This document shows positions 1-8,099 of a stretch of 53,833 nt of DNA, one piece after another. Position 1 is the first letter of the stretch, and each line of letters starts with the position of its first letter. The position numbers and the translations under genes are program-made. This DNA is from Actinomycetota bacterium. Its GTDB lineage: Bacteria > Actinomycetota > Acidimicrobiia > Acidimicrobiales > CADCSY01. The stretch is from positions 1 through 53,833 of the forward strand of contig JAHWKL010000003.1 in the NCBI GenBank assembly GCA_019347915.1, written 5' to 3'. The notes beneath the pieces were generated by a model that had not been told where the DNA came from, ran no database searches, and was given only the letters and a program-made list of their open reading frames with translations.

Positions 1-109
1 GACGGCCGACGAGATCGGGTCGAACGAGGCGACCGAGTGAGGGAAGACGTCCATCCGCCGCCAGGCGAGGGGGGCGTTCTCATTTCGAGGGTCGCTGTGA
101 GTCGTAGGG

Positions 110-381
110 ATGACGCGAGCCTCGGTCACCTGCGGGTGCGGGGTCGAGTCCTCCCGCTACGTGTTCCTGACGGCGTGGGCACCTGATGAACCCGATGACG
201 ACCCGGTGCCGCATGGCGTCGTGCTTGATCTCGAGGAGGCGTTCCGTGTCCTCGAAACTTTGAGGACGCACGGCTCGCGCTCCGTGAGGCGCAGGCCGCG
301 CTGGGACTCCACGACGAGCTGGCGACGGTGATCCGCCTACTCCAAGTTGGGCTCGGACTCGACGAAGGAGGCGTTCGATGA
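110..381 (+). pseudogene. hypothetical protein gene with an apparent frame change
   Basis: ORF 110..331 reads plausibly up to ...GVVLDLEEAFRVLE and then turns Arg-rich. From about 259 the frame one base earlier reads FEDARLALREAQAALGLHDELATVIRLLQVGLGLDEGGVR. It ends at TGA 379-381, overlapping ATG 378 of the next gene (ATGA coupling). That second frame has stops at 184, 187, 196 and 226, so it cannot be a gene on its own. Confidence 0.3.
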
Positions 382-551
382 CCGACTCCAACGCCCTCCT
401 CCCGGCCGAGGCGGCTCGACGGCTCGGCGTGCCGACACGGGTTGTGATCCAGGCGATGTACGAGAAGAAGCTTCCTCGCGTACGTCTCGAGGATGGCACT
501 CTCGGCATCCCAGCCGACGCTCTGGAGAACTTCGAGGTCTCGGCCTCCTGA
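378..551 (+). CDS. small helix-turn-helix DNA-binding protein (excisionase/MerR-like HTH), 57 aa
   Basis: Absent from the ORF track because it is under 60 aa. ATG 378 follows GAAGGAGG at 364-371. Translation: MTDSNALLPAEAARRLGVPTRVVIQAMYEKKLPRVRLEDGTLGIPADALENFEVSAS. Stop TGA 549-551. Confidence 0.55.
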   Translation: MTDSNALLPAEAARRLGVPTRVVIQAMYEKKLPRVRLEDGTLGIPADALENFEVSAS

Positions 552-573
552 CCAGCCCTGGGCGCCCGGAAGG

Positions 574-1203
574 TCACCCGCAGGAAGCGGTGCCCCCGGA
601 CAGGCTGGCGACGGTGTCGGCCGGTCCGGTCCCGGTGAGGGTGCCGGCCAGGCGCCCAGGCGGGGGCGTGGTGATCTCGAACACCGGCCCGAAGGGGTCG
701 TCGGGGTCCAAGCGGAGGCGTTCCCCGTAGGCCGCCCGCAGCTCCGCCACCGACGACCCCACGCCGATGCCCTCGGCGGTGGCCAGGGGAGGAAGGGTCC
801 CGGAAGCGGGGCCCACGTCCCAGGCGACGAAGCGTCCGCCACCGAGCAAGACCGCCAGCTCGGCGAACTGCACCAGCCGGTCGGCCTCGCCGCTGGGGCA
901 CGAGCCCAGGGGCTGGTCGTCGACGGGAGGCCCGAGCACGCCGGCGAGGGCGGCCAGCACCGTTTCGCCGTCGTCTCCGAAGGAGACCATGCCCAGGCCG
1001 TCGGGCGCCAGGACCACCTGGGCGGGAACCGGCACGGTGGCAGGGGGAGCCGAGGTGGGAGGTGCCGGAACCGTGGTGCTCGTGGCCGCCGGCGCGGTGG
1101 TCGAGGTGGGCTGGCGGCGGGAGAGCTGGTCGCCGTCGCCGGCGCACCCGCCGGCGAGGAGCGACAGCGTCACCGCTGCCGCCAGGAACCGGCTTGCGCC
1201 CAT
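574..1203 (-). CDS. lipoprotein, unknown function
   Basis: Internal ATG at 1203 of ORF 574..1278 gives MGASRFLAAAVTLSLLAGGCAG, a signal peptide plus LAGGC lipobox. A Thr/Pro/Ala-rich linker and a globular domain follow. Confidence 0.6.
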   Translation of the reverse strand: MGASRFLAAAVTLSLLAGGCAGDGDQLSRRQPTSTTAPAATSTTVPAPPTSAPPATVPVPAQVVLAPDGLGMVSFGDDGETVLAALAGVLGPPVDDQPLGSCPSGEADRLVQFAELAVLLGGGRFVAWDVGPASGTLPPLATAEGIGVGSSVAELRAAYGERLRLDPDDPFGPVFEITTPPPGRLAGTLTGTGPADTVASLSGGTASCG

Positions 1204-1315
1204 CGGGCCCAGGGTAGGCGCCGGCCTCCGCTGGCCGTTCTGGCGGTGGAACCGTGGTGGAACACGCACCACTTCCACCGCCAGAAGCGGGAGGTGCTCC
1301 TACAGTGATCGCCTC

Positions 1316-3109
1316 GTGGCTCCCTCGGTCCGCGACTACCTGGAGATCCGCACCGCCCGGCCATCCGGCTTCTCCCCGACCGGCGACCGGGTGCTCGTGG
1401 GCGCCGACCTGAGCGGGACCGTGCAGCTCTACGACGTGGCCCGCACCGGCGGTGCGCTGCGCCAGCTGACCCACCTGGCCGAGCCGGTCGGGGGCCGTTA
1501 CCTGCCCGACTGCGACGACGTGCTGTTGTCCTTCGACCACGGCGGTGACGAGCGCCTCCAGATCCACCGCCTCGCCGCCGGCACCGGCCACCTCGCTCCG
1601 GTCGTCGCCGACCCCGGGCACATCGCCCGGGCCGGCGGCGTCAGCCGTGACGGCCGCCTCCTGGCCTACACGTCCAACCGCCGCACCGGCGCCGACTTCG
1701 ACGTGTGGGTCCGCGACCTGGGGACCGGCCGGGAGCGCATGGTCTTCTCCCCCGGCGGGTGGTGCTCGGCCGGGTCGTTCTCCCCCGACGGCCGCCGGCT
1801 CTCCGTGACCCGGCTGAGCGAGCGGCCCGGCGACAACGACGCCTACCTGGTGGACGTGGAGGCCGACGACGTGGTGCACGTCTCGCCCCACGACGACGAA
1901 GCCCACTTCAGCGGCGCCTCGTGGCTCCCTGACGGCCGAGCCTTCTTCTTCACCACCAACCAGGGGCGAGAGCACACGGCGGTGGCCCGGTACGACGTCG
2001 GTACCCGGTCGTGGTCGTACGTGCTCGACCGGCCGTGGGACCTGGGCTGCGCCGTCGACTGGGCCGGCCGCTCCCTGCTGGTGGTGGCCAACGAGGACGG
2101 CGCCACCCGGGCCGAGCTGCTCGACCCGTCCACCCTCGAGGCGCGTGCCGAGGTTCCCCTGCCCGGCCGAGGGGTGGCCGGCGCCTGGTCGTTCTCGGCC
2201 GACGGGCGGTTCCTGGCCTACTCCTTCACCTCCGCCCGCCAGCCCGGCGACGCCTGGTGCTACGACGTCGAGGCGGGTCGCACCACTCGCCTCACCGACT
2301 GTCCCAAGCCGGTGCCCCCGGCTTCGATGGTGGAGCCCGACCTGCACCGCTACCGGTCCTTCGACGGCGAGGAGGTGCCGGTCTTCGCCTACCTGCCACC
2401 GGCCCCGGCCACCGCTCCCCCGCCCGTCGTGGCCGTGCTCCACGGTGGGCCCGAAAGCCAGTTCGTTCCTGGGTTCAACCCCGTGGTCCAGTACCTGGTC
2501 GCCCGCGGGTACGCCGTGGTCGCACCCAACGTGCGCGGCTCCACCGGCTACGGGAGGCGCTGGGAGCACCTCGACGACGGCCGGCGCCGGCTCGACGCCG
2601 TGCGCGACCTCGAGGGGTTGTCCGACTGGCTCCACTCGACCGGGCGCTTCGCCGCCGACCGGGCCGTGCTCTACGGCGGCTCCTACGGCGGCTACCTGGT
2701 GCTGGCCGGCCTGGCCTTCCAACCCGACCGGTGGGCGGCCGGCGTCTCCATCGTGGGCATCTCCAGCCTGGTGACCTTCCTGGAAGGCACCGCCGAGTGG
2801 CGCCGCCGCTTCCGGGAGCGGGAGTACGGCTCGCTGGCGGACGACCGCGACTTCCTCCTCCGGGCGTCACCCCTCACCTCGGTGGACACCGTGCGAGCGC
2901 CGCTGTTCCTCATCCACGGCGCCAACGACCCCCGCGTCCCGCTGGGCGAGGCGGAGCAGATCCACCGGGTGCTGCAGGCCAAGGGGGTGCCGTGCGAGCT
3001 GGCGGTCTACCCCGACGAGGGCCACGGCCTGGCCAAACTGGCCAACCGCCTCGACGCCTACCCGCGCGCCGTCGACTTCCTCGACCGGGTCCTGGAGGCC
3101 GGCAACTAG
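1316..3109 (+). CDS. S9 family (prolyl oligopeptidase/dipeptidyl aminopeptidase-like) serine peptidase with N-terminal beta-propeller
   Basis: C-terminal part of ORF 767..3109. Motifs: GGSYGGY (nucleophile Ser), HGANDPRVP (Asp), DEGHGL (His). Propeller-like repeats such as FSPDGRRL and FSADGRFLAY. In-frame GTG at 1316 (VAPSVRDYLEI...) is chosen because the upstream part is Arg/Ser/Pro junk. Confidence 0.85.
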   Translation: MAPSVRDYLEIRTARPSGFSPTGDRVLVGADLSGTVQLYDVARTGGALRQLTHLAEPVGGRYLPDCDDVLLSFDHGGDERLQIHRLAAGTGHLAPVVADPGHIARAGGVSRDGRLLAYTSNRRTGADFDVWVRDLGTGRERMVFSPGGWCSAGSFSPDGRRLSVTRLSERPGDNDAYLVDVEADDVVHVSPHDDEAHFSGASWLPDGRAFFFTTNQGREHTAVARYDVGTRSWSYVLDRPWDLGCAVDWAGRSLLVVANEDGATRAELLDPSTLEARAEVPLPGRGVAGAWSFSADGRFLAYSFTSARQPGDAWCYDVEAGRTTRLTDCPKPVPPASMVEPDLHRYRSFDGEEVPVFAYLPPAPATAPPPVVAVLHGGPESQFVPGFNPVVQYLVARGYAVVAPNVRGSTGYGRRWEHLDDGRRRLDAVRDLEGLSDWLHSTGRFAADRAVLYGGSYGGYLVLAGLAFQPDRWAAGVSIVGISSLVTFLEGTAEWRRRFREREYGSLADDRDFLLRASPLTSVDTVRAPLFLIHGANDPRVPLGEAEQIHRVLQAKGVPCELAVYPDEGHGLAKLANRLDAYPRAVDFLDRVLEAGN

Positions 3110-3561
3110 GCCTCGGGCGCCCGAGCGAACTCGGGGTCGAGCTGCTCCAGGAACTGGGCACAGCGCTCGGCCTCGTCGTGCTCCCCGATGGCGGCCGCCC
3201 GCCGGCCGAGACCTTGCAGGGCCCGCAGGAAGCCCCGGTTGGTGTCGTGCCGCCACCGCACGTAGCCCGATCCGCGCCACCCCGACTGCCGCAACCGGTC
3301 GAGGCCCCGGTGGTAGGCCACGCGGTAGCAGGCGTAGGCCTCCACGTCGTCGCGGGCGAGCTCGCCCAGGCGGGCCCAGCCGTCGAGGAAGCGGGGGAAG
3401 CGGCCCACCACCGACGACACGGCGGCACGCCGGCGGTCCTCGGGCTCGGCCAGCGCCGCCTCCAGGGCCGCCAGGGCCTCGGTCGGCTCCGGGTCGAGGA
3501 CCGTCTCGGGAGGGCCGGTGGTGCTGAGATTCACCGGGCGGGGCTCGGACACCCTCGCCAC
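3106..3561 (-). CDS. DUF3151 domain protein
   Basis: The pattern YACYRVAYHRGLDRLRQSGWRGSGYVRWRHDTNRGFLRAL...IGEHDEAERCAQFLEQLDP matches my memory of the actinobacterial DUF3151 family. It lies directly downstream of the patatin gene on the same strand. Confidence 0.7.
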   Translation of the reverse strand: MARVSEPRPVNLSTTGPPETVLDPEPTEALAALEAALAEPEDRRRAAVSSVVGRFPRFLDGWARLGELARDDVEAYACYRVAYHRGLDRLRQSGWRGSGYVRWRHDTNRGFLRALQGLGRRAAAIGEHDEAERCAQFLEQLDPEFARAPEA

Positions 3562-3562
3562 G

Positions 3563-4462
3563 TTAGTGCTCGGCGACGCCAGTGCTCGGGGGCGACGATC
3601 CGGCCCGCCCGGCGGAGATCGACGTCCCCAACCCGTGCTCGTCGAGGTAGGTGGCGGCGGCGCTGCGTGAGGCCTCCATGAGGTCCTGGGTGCGACTGAA
3701 GCCGTCGTAGCGAAAGCGGGGCCAGGCCACGGTCGGGAGGACGTGCACCTCCACCCCGGCCGGCAGCGCGGCCAGCTCGTGCACGAAGCGGGAGTTGCGG
3801 GAGATGACGAACGCCCGCAGCAGCACGTCCATGGGCCGGCGGGGGCGCCCGGCGACGGCGTCGAGGTCCTTGACCTGGAGGACGAACAACCGAGTCGCTC
3901 CCATCTCCAGGGCCTTGGCCATGGGCACGACGTTGACCGTCGCCCCGTCGATGAACAGCTCGCCGTCGATCTCCACCGGGGGGAGCAGGGCCGGGAGCGC
4001 CGCCGACGCCAGGATCGGCTCGGCCAGCGGACCCTCGGTGAACCACCGTTCGCCGCCGGATTCGAGAGAGGTGGCCACGCAGGCGAACGGCAACTGGAGA
4101 TCGGCGAAGGTCGCCCCCGGGAGGAAGCGCTCGATGACCCGCCGCAATCCGTCGTTGCCGTTGATCGCCGGCCGCCGGCGCAGCAGCTGCACCAGGCTGG
4201 TCGCCACCCCGGCCGGCCACACGTCGCGGCGCGAGAGGTCCAGCCACAGCGCCTCCAACCGAGCCAGGGTGCCGAGGTCGGGCTGCGAGGCCACCGCCGC
4301 CCCGTTCAGCGCCCCCACCGAGCACCCGACGACCAGGTCGGGAACCACGCCGCGCTCGAGCAGCGCCCGCAGCATCCCCAGCTGGACGGCGCCCATGTTG
4401 CCGGCGCCGCCGAGAACGAAGGCGGTGGTGACGGCCACCGACGGCGGCGTGGCAGGCTGCAT
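3563..4462 (-). CDS. patatin-like phospholipase
   Basis: VLGGAGNMGA glycine-rich oxyanion motif, GCSVG (GxSxG nucleophile) and DGATVN (catalytic Asp). Start set to ATG 4462 (MQPATPP...) just before the conserved core. Confidence 0.8.
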   Translation of the reverse strand: MQPATPPSVAVTTAFVLGGAGNMGAVQLGMLRALLERGVVPDLVVGCSVGALNGAAVASQPDLGTLARLEALWLDLSRRDVWPAGVATSLVQLLRRRPAINGNDGLRRVIERFLPGATFADLQLPFACVATSLESGGERWFTEGPLAEPILASAALPALLPPVEIDGELFIDGATVNVVPMAKALEMGATRLFVLQVKDLDAVAGRPRRPMDVLLRAFVISRNSRFVHELAALPAGVEVHVLPTVAWPRFRYDGFSRTQDLMEASRSAAATYLDEHGLGTSISAGRAGSSPPSTGVAEH

Positions 4463-4653
4463 CCTGGCGGAGGGTACCGGCACCCGGCCCCTGCCGACCC
4501 CACATGGGCGGGCCGGCGGAGGGGTAGGCGTGGCCAGCGGGACGACGCCCGCCCCGGCGACGGTGGCGCGGCGATCGAGCCCGGGGGCGCACCCACCGCT
4601 CGACCACAGGGGTGCGCCGCTACGTCCGCCAGCGACCACAGGCAGGAGATCCC

Positions 4654-4881
4654 ATGACCCCCGCAACCGGTGCAGGCGGCTTCGGACACGACCCCGAGGC
4701 CCCCGAGGCCGACGCCTTCGAGCAGTCGGCAGCGGTCGGCGACGAGGACGAGGCGGAAGATGAGGGCGCTCAGGCGGGAGGCCGGACCGCCCCCCTCCCC
4801 GAACGCGATGTGGAGGCTCCCGAGGCCGACGCCCTGGAGCAGTCGGAACCGGCCCCGCTGGACGACGACGACCGTCGCTGA
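4654..4881 (+). CDS. small acidic protein with duplicated EAPEADAxEQS motif
   Basis: ATG 4654 follows AGGAGA at 4645-4650. 75 aa, very Asp/Glu-rich. A 34-nt imperfect direct repeat (4696-4729 and 4813-4846) encodes the duplicated motif. Confidence 0.5.
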   Translation: MTPATGAGGFGHDPEAPEADAFEQSAAVGDEDEAEDEGAQAGGRTAPLPERDVEAPEADALEQSEPAPLDDDDRR

Positions 4882-4914
4882 GGCGGCGGCGTGCCGGGGA
4901 GCCGGTGAGCGGCT

Positions 4915-6180
4915 TCAGCCGGCGACGTCAGCGGTGCCGGACGACGCCATGACCGGAGGCGACAGCGGAGACCGTTCCCGCAGGAGGACGGCAGCGGCCA
5001 CGACCGTGGCCACCCCTCCGAGGGCCAGGCCGGCACGGGGGCCGAAGTGCTCTGCCACCCATCCGATCAGCGGGCCACCCACGGGCGTCGATCCCAGGAA
5101 CGCCACCGCCCACAGGGCCATGACCCGGCCTCGCATGGCCGGCGCCGCACCCAGCTGCAGGAAGGTGTTGGCCGCGGCCAGGAAGGCGATGCTCCCCACG
5201 CCCACGCCGACCAGGGCCACCAGCTCCAGAGCGAGGGTCGGAGCCGCGGCGGCGACGAGCAGGGCCGCCCCGAAGCCGTAGCCGGCGACCACCAGCGACC
5301 GCCGTCCCGACCGGTTGCGGCCGGCGAGGACCAGCCCCCCCACCACCGCCCCCACGCCCATGCACGAGGTCATCACCCCGTAGGTGCCCGCTCCCCCGTC
5401 GAAGACGAAGCGGGCCATCAGCGGGAGCACGACCTGGAACTCGTAGGCCAGCGTGCCGACCAGGGCCATGGCCAGCAGCGGCCGGCGCAGCTCGGGGGTG
5501 CGCCACACGTAGGCCAGTCCCTCCCGGAGCTGCCCCGGGCCCCGGGGCTGGACCTCGGCCCGGCGCAACTCGTCCTCCCGCATCGAGACGAAGGCGGCGA
5601 TGACCGCCAGATAGGACACGGCGTCGAGCAGGAAGCAGGCGGCCAGCCCGGCGGTGGCGATGACACCGGCGGCGATGGCGGGGCCGACCACCCGGGCGGC
5701 GTTCACGGCCACGCTGTTGAGGGTCACCGCGTTCGCCAGCTGCTCGCGGCCCACCATCTCGAGGACGAACGTCTGGCGCCCGGGGTTGTCGAACAGGTGC
5801 ACCACCCCCAGGGCGGCAGCCAGCACCATCACCATCCACATCTGCACGGCGCCGGTGGCGACGAGCACGCCCAAGATCACCGCCAGCACGGCGGCGCCCG
5901 CCTGGGTGGCCACGAGCAGCCGGCGCTTGTCGACCCGGTCGACCACCAGGCCACCCCACATCCCGAACAGGAGCAGGGGCAGGAACTGCAGGGCGGTCAC
6001 CAGCCCCAGCTCGGTGCCGGTGCCGCCCAGCTCGAGCACGAGCCACGCCTGGGCGACCCGCTGCATCCACGTGCCGGTCAGGGACACGGCCTGGCCGAAG
6101 GCGTAGCGCCGGTAGTTGGGGATGCGCAGAGCGCTGAAGGTGCGGGCCAGGCCCCGGCGGGAGGTGGCTCGAGCGGTCAT
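4915..6180 (-). CDS. MFS transporter (EntS/MFS_3-like)
   Basis: 421 aa with about 12 hydrophobic spans. The N-terminus FSALRIPNYRRYAFGQAVSLTGTWMQRVAQAWLVLEL is typical of this MFS subfamily. Confidence 0.8.
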   Translation of the reverse strand: MTARATSRRGLARTFSALRIPNYRRYAFGQAVSLTGTWMQRVAQAWLVLELGGTGTELGLVTALQFLPLLLFGMWGGLVVDRVDKRRLLVATQAGAAVLAVILGVLVATGAVQMWMVMVLAAALGVVHLFDNPGRQTFVLEMVGREQLANAVTLNSVAVNAARVVGPAIAAGVIATAGLAACFLLDAVSYLAVIAAFVSMREDELRRAEVQPRGPGQLREGLAYVWRTPELRRPLLAMALVGTLAYEFQVVLPLMARFVFDGGAGTYGVMTSCMGVGAVVGGLVLAGRNRSGRRSLVVAGYGFGAALLVAAAAPTLALELVALVGVGVGSIAFLAAANTFLQLGAAPAMRGRVMALWAVAFLGSTPVGGPLIGWVAEHFGPRAGLALGGVATVVAAAVLLRERSPLSPPVMASSGTADVAG

Positions 6181-6222
6181 GGCCGACCACCGACCAGGCG
6201 CTCCAGCAGCGGCACGGCGCGG

Positions 6223-7005
6223 TCAGTTGAGGCGGGCCCGCAGACGGCGGGCGGCGAGGGCATCGTCGCCGGCGTCGCCGGCGCCGGCGGCCGCCACGCC
6301 GTCGAGCACGTCGGCGGCCTCCCCGAACCGGCACGAGGAGGCGAGGACCTCTGCCAGCCGCCGGTGCAACGGTACGGACGCTCCGGGCACGAGGGTGCGC
6401 AGCCGCACCACCCGCTCCAGGAGCTGGCGGTCACCGCGGGCGGTGGCGACGGCGTCGAGATTGGCGAGCATCCGGGCCACGATGGCTCGGGGACCGACCG
6501 GGCGCAGGAAGACGGGGTCGAACGCCGTTCCAGGGCCGTGCAGGTCACGGAACCGGGCCTCGCACCCGGCGGCGTCGAGCACGGCGCCGCCGGCGAAGGG
6601 GTCGACGAACACCTCGGGGTCGAGCTCGTCGCGCACGAGGAAGTGGCCGGGCATGGACACGCCGGCCAGCGGCACCCCCACCCGGCGGCTCACCTCGAGC
6701 AGGAGCACGGCGAGGGTGATGGGGATCCCCAGTCGGCGCTCGACCACCTGGTCGAGGCACGAGTTCCGGGGGTCGTAGTAGTCCTCGGCGTCGCCGGCGA
6801 ACCCGAGCTCGACGAAGAGGCACTTCCGCACGGCGTCGAGCGTGGGCGCCCACACGGCGGCGGCCACCTCGTCGAGTCGGGCCTGCTCGGCGGCCACGTC
6901 CAGTTCGGGACGGACGGCGGCAGCGACGAGCAGGGCGGCCTCGTCGAGGGGCATCGTCGCCTCGGGGCCGGCCATGATCACCGAGAACCTGCTCGTCACG
7001 TCCAT
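6223..7005 (-). CDS. transglutaminase-like / SirB1 family protein with C-terminal TPR-like region
   Basis: The pattern GFAGDAEDYYDPRNSCLDQVVERRLGIPITLAVLLLEVSRRVGVPLAGVSMPGHFLV is characteristic of the SirB1 N-terminal (Transglut_core2) fold. Start set to ATG 7005 (MDVTSRF). Confidence 0.65.
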   Translation of the reverse strand: MDVTSRFSVIMAGPEATMPLDEAALLVAAAVRPELDVAAEQARLDEVAAAVWAPTLDAVRKCLFVELGFAGDAEDYYDPRNSCLDQVVERRLGIPITLAVLLLEVSRRVGVPLAGVSMPGHFLVRDELDPEVFVDPFAGGAVLDAAGCEARFRDLHGPGTAFDPVFLRPVGPRAIVARMLANLDAVATARGDRQLLERVVRLRTLVPGASVPLHRRLAEVLASSCRFGEAADVLDGVAAAGAGDAGDDALAARRLRARLN

Positions 7006-7109
7006 CCCGTCACCGTACCGACAGGGAGCGCCCATTCCCTCGGACGCCGGTCTGGTGCCGGCGCCGTCATCACCCGCTGGCGGCACCAGGGGCGTTAGGG
7101 TCGTCGGCC

Positions 7110-7871
7110 GTGCCCCGGTCCCCCTGGCCGTTCCTCGACCACCCCGGGCCCCTCCCCTTCGCCCACCAGGGCGGAGCCGGTGAGCATCCCGAGAACACCA
7201 TGGCGGCCTTCGAGCACGCCGTCTCCCTCGGCTACCGCTACCTCGAGACCGACGTGCACGCCACCGCCGACGGCGTGCTGGTGGCCTTCCACGACGACGA
7301 GCTCGACCGCGTCACCGACCGGGTCGGGCGCATCGGCGACCTCCCGTGGTCGGAGGTGCGACGAGCCCGGGTCGCCGGGAGCCATGCCATCCCTCAGCTC
7401 GAGGACGTGCTCGGCACCTGGCCGCAGGTGCGCGTCAACATCGACCCGAAGCACGATGCCGGCGTGGAACCGCTGGCCGAGGTGCTGCGGCGCACGGACA
7501 GCGTGCGCCGGGTGTGTGTGGGCGCCTTCTCCGATCGCCGCTTGGCCCGCGTCCGGCGCCAGCTGGGCCCGGACCTGTGCACGTCACTGGGCCCCCTCGG
7601 CATCGCCCGCCTCATGGCCGCCGCCCGCGGTGTTCCCACGGGCCGTCTCCCCGCCGCCTGCGCCCAGGTCCCCGTGGCCACCCGGCGCGTCACCGTGCTC
7701 GACCGCCGGCTGGTGGAGGCGGTCCACCGGCGGGGGATGCAGGTGCACGTGTGGACCATCGACGACCGGGAGGAGATGGTCAGGCTGCTCGACCTCGGTG
7801 TCGACGGCATCATGACCGACCGCCCCGCCGTCTTGAAGCACGTCCTGGAGGAGCGCGGCGACTGGCACTGA
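7110..7871 (+). CDS. glycerophosphodiester phosphodiesterase (GDPD family)
   Basis: FAHQGGAGEHPENT and LETDVHATADGVLVAFHDDELDRVTD motifs. C-terminal VDGIMTDRP. Confidence 0.85.
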   Translation: MPRSPWPFLDHPGPLPFAHQGGAGEHPENTMAAFEHAVSLGYRYLETDVHATADGVLVAFHDDELDRVTDRVGRIGDLPWSEVRRARVAGSHAIPQLEDVLGTWPQVRVNIDPKHDAGVEPLAEVLRRTDSVRRVCVGAFSDRRLARVRRQLGPDLCTSLGPLGIARLMAAARGVPTGRLPAACAQVPVATRRVTVLDRRLVEAVHRRGMQVHVWTIDDREEMVRLLDLGVDGIMTDRPAVLKHVLEERGDWH

Positions 7872-8000
7872 GGGCCCGGTCCTGACGAGGAGAGCAGCTG
7901 CGAAACGGCAGGCAGTCTGCCGAGGCACCGATGGTGACGGCCGATAACCGTGCGAAAACCGTGACGGCCGCCGCGTGATTTTGGCAGACTGTCCCAGTAC

Positions 8001-8023
8001 GGGGAGGGTCGGGTCGCCTCCCC
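8001..8023 (+). terminator. GC-rich hairpin downstream of the GDPD gene
   Basis: GGGGAGG (8001-8007) pairs with CCTCCCC (8017-8023) around a 9-nt loop. There is no U-tract, so a terminator role is tentative. Confidence 0.3.
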
Positions 8024-8099
8024 CAGAGAACGGAGGGGCACGACGGCACGGGAACCCGCCTCGGGCGGCGCCGGCCGCGTCCGGCTGGAAGACGACGAT

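Noticed and set aside
1-54. Possible 5' end of a minus-strand gene (MDVFPHSVASFDPISSAV...) leaving the window
   Set aside because: Only 18 codons are visible and there is no recognisable motif. High GC3 alone is insufficient support.
80-2722. 880-aa ORF on the minus strand
   Set aside because: It is antisense to the lipoprotein and S9 peptidase genes. The translation is Arg/Gly/Pro/Ala-rich with no motifs. This is the typical open antisense frame of a roughly 70% GC genome.
5047-7098. 683-aa ORF on the plus strand
   Set aside because: It is antisense to the MFS transporter and SirB1-like genes, both of which have clear family signatures. The product is His/Gly/Arg/Pro-rich junk.
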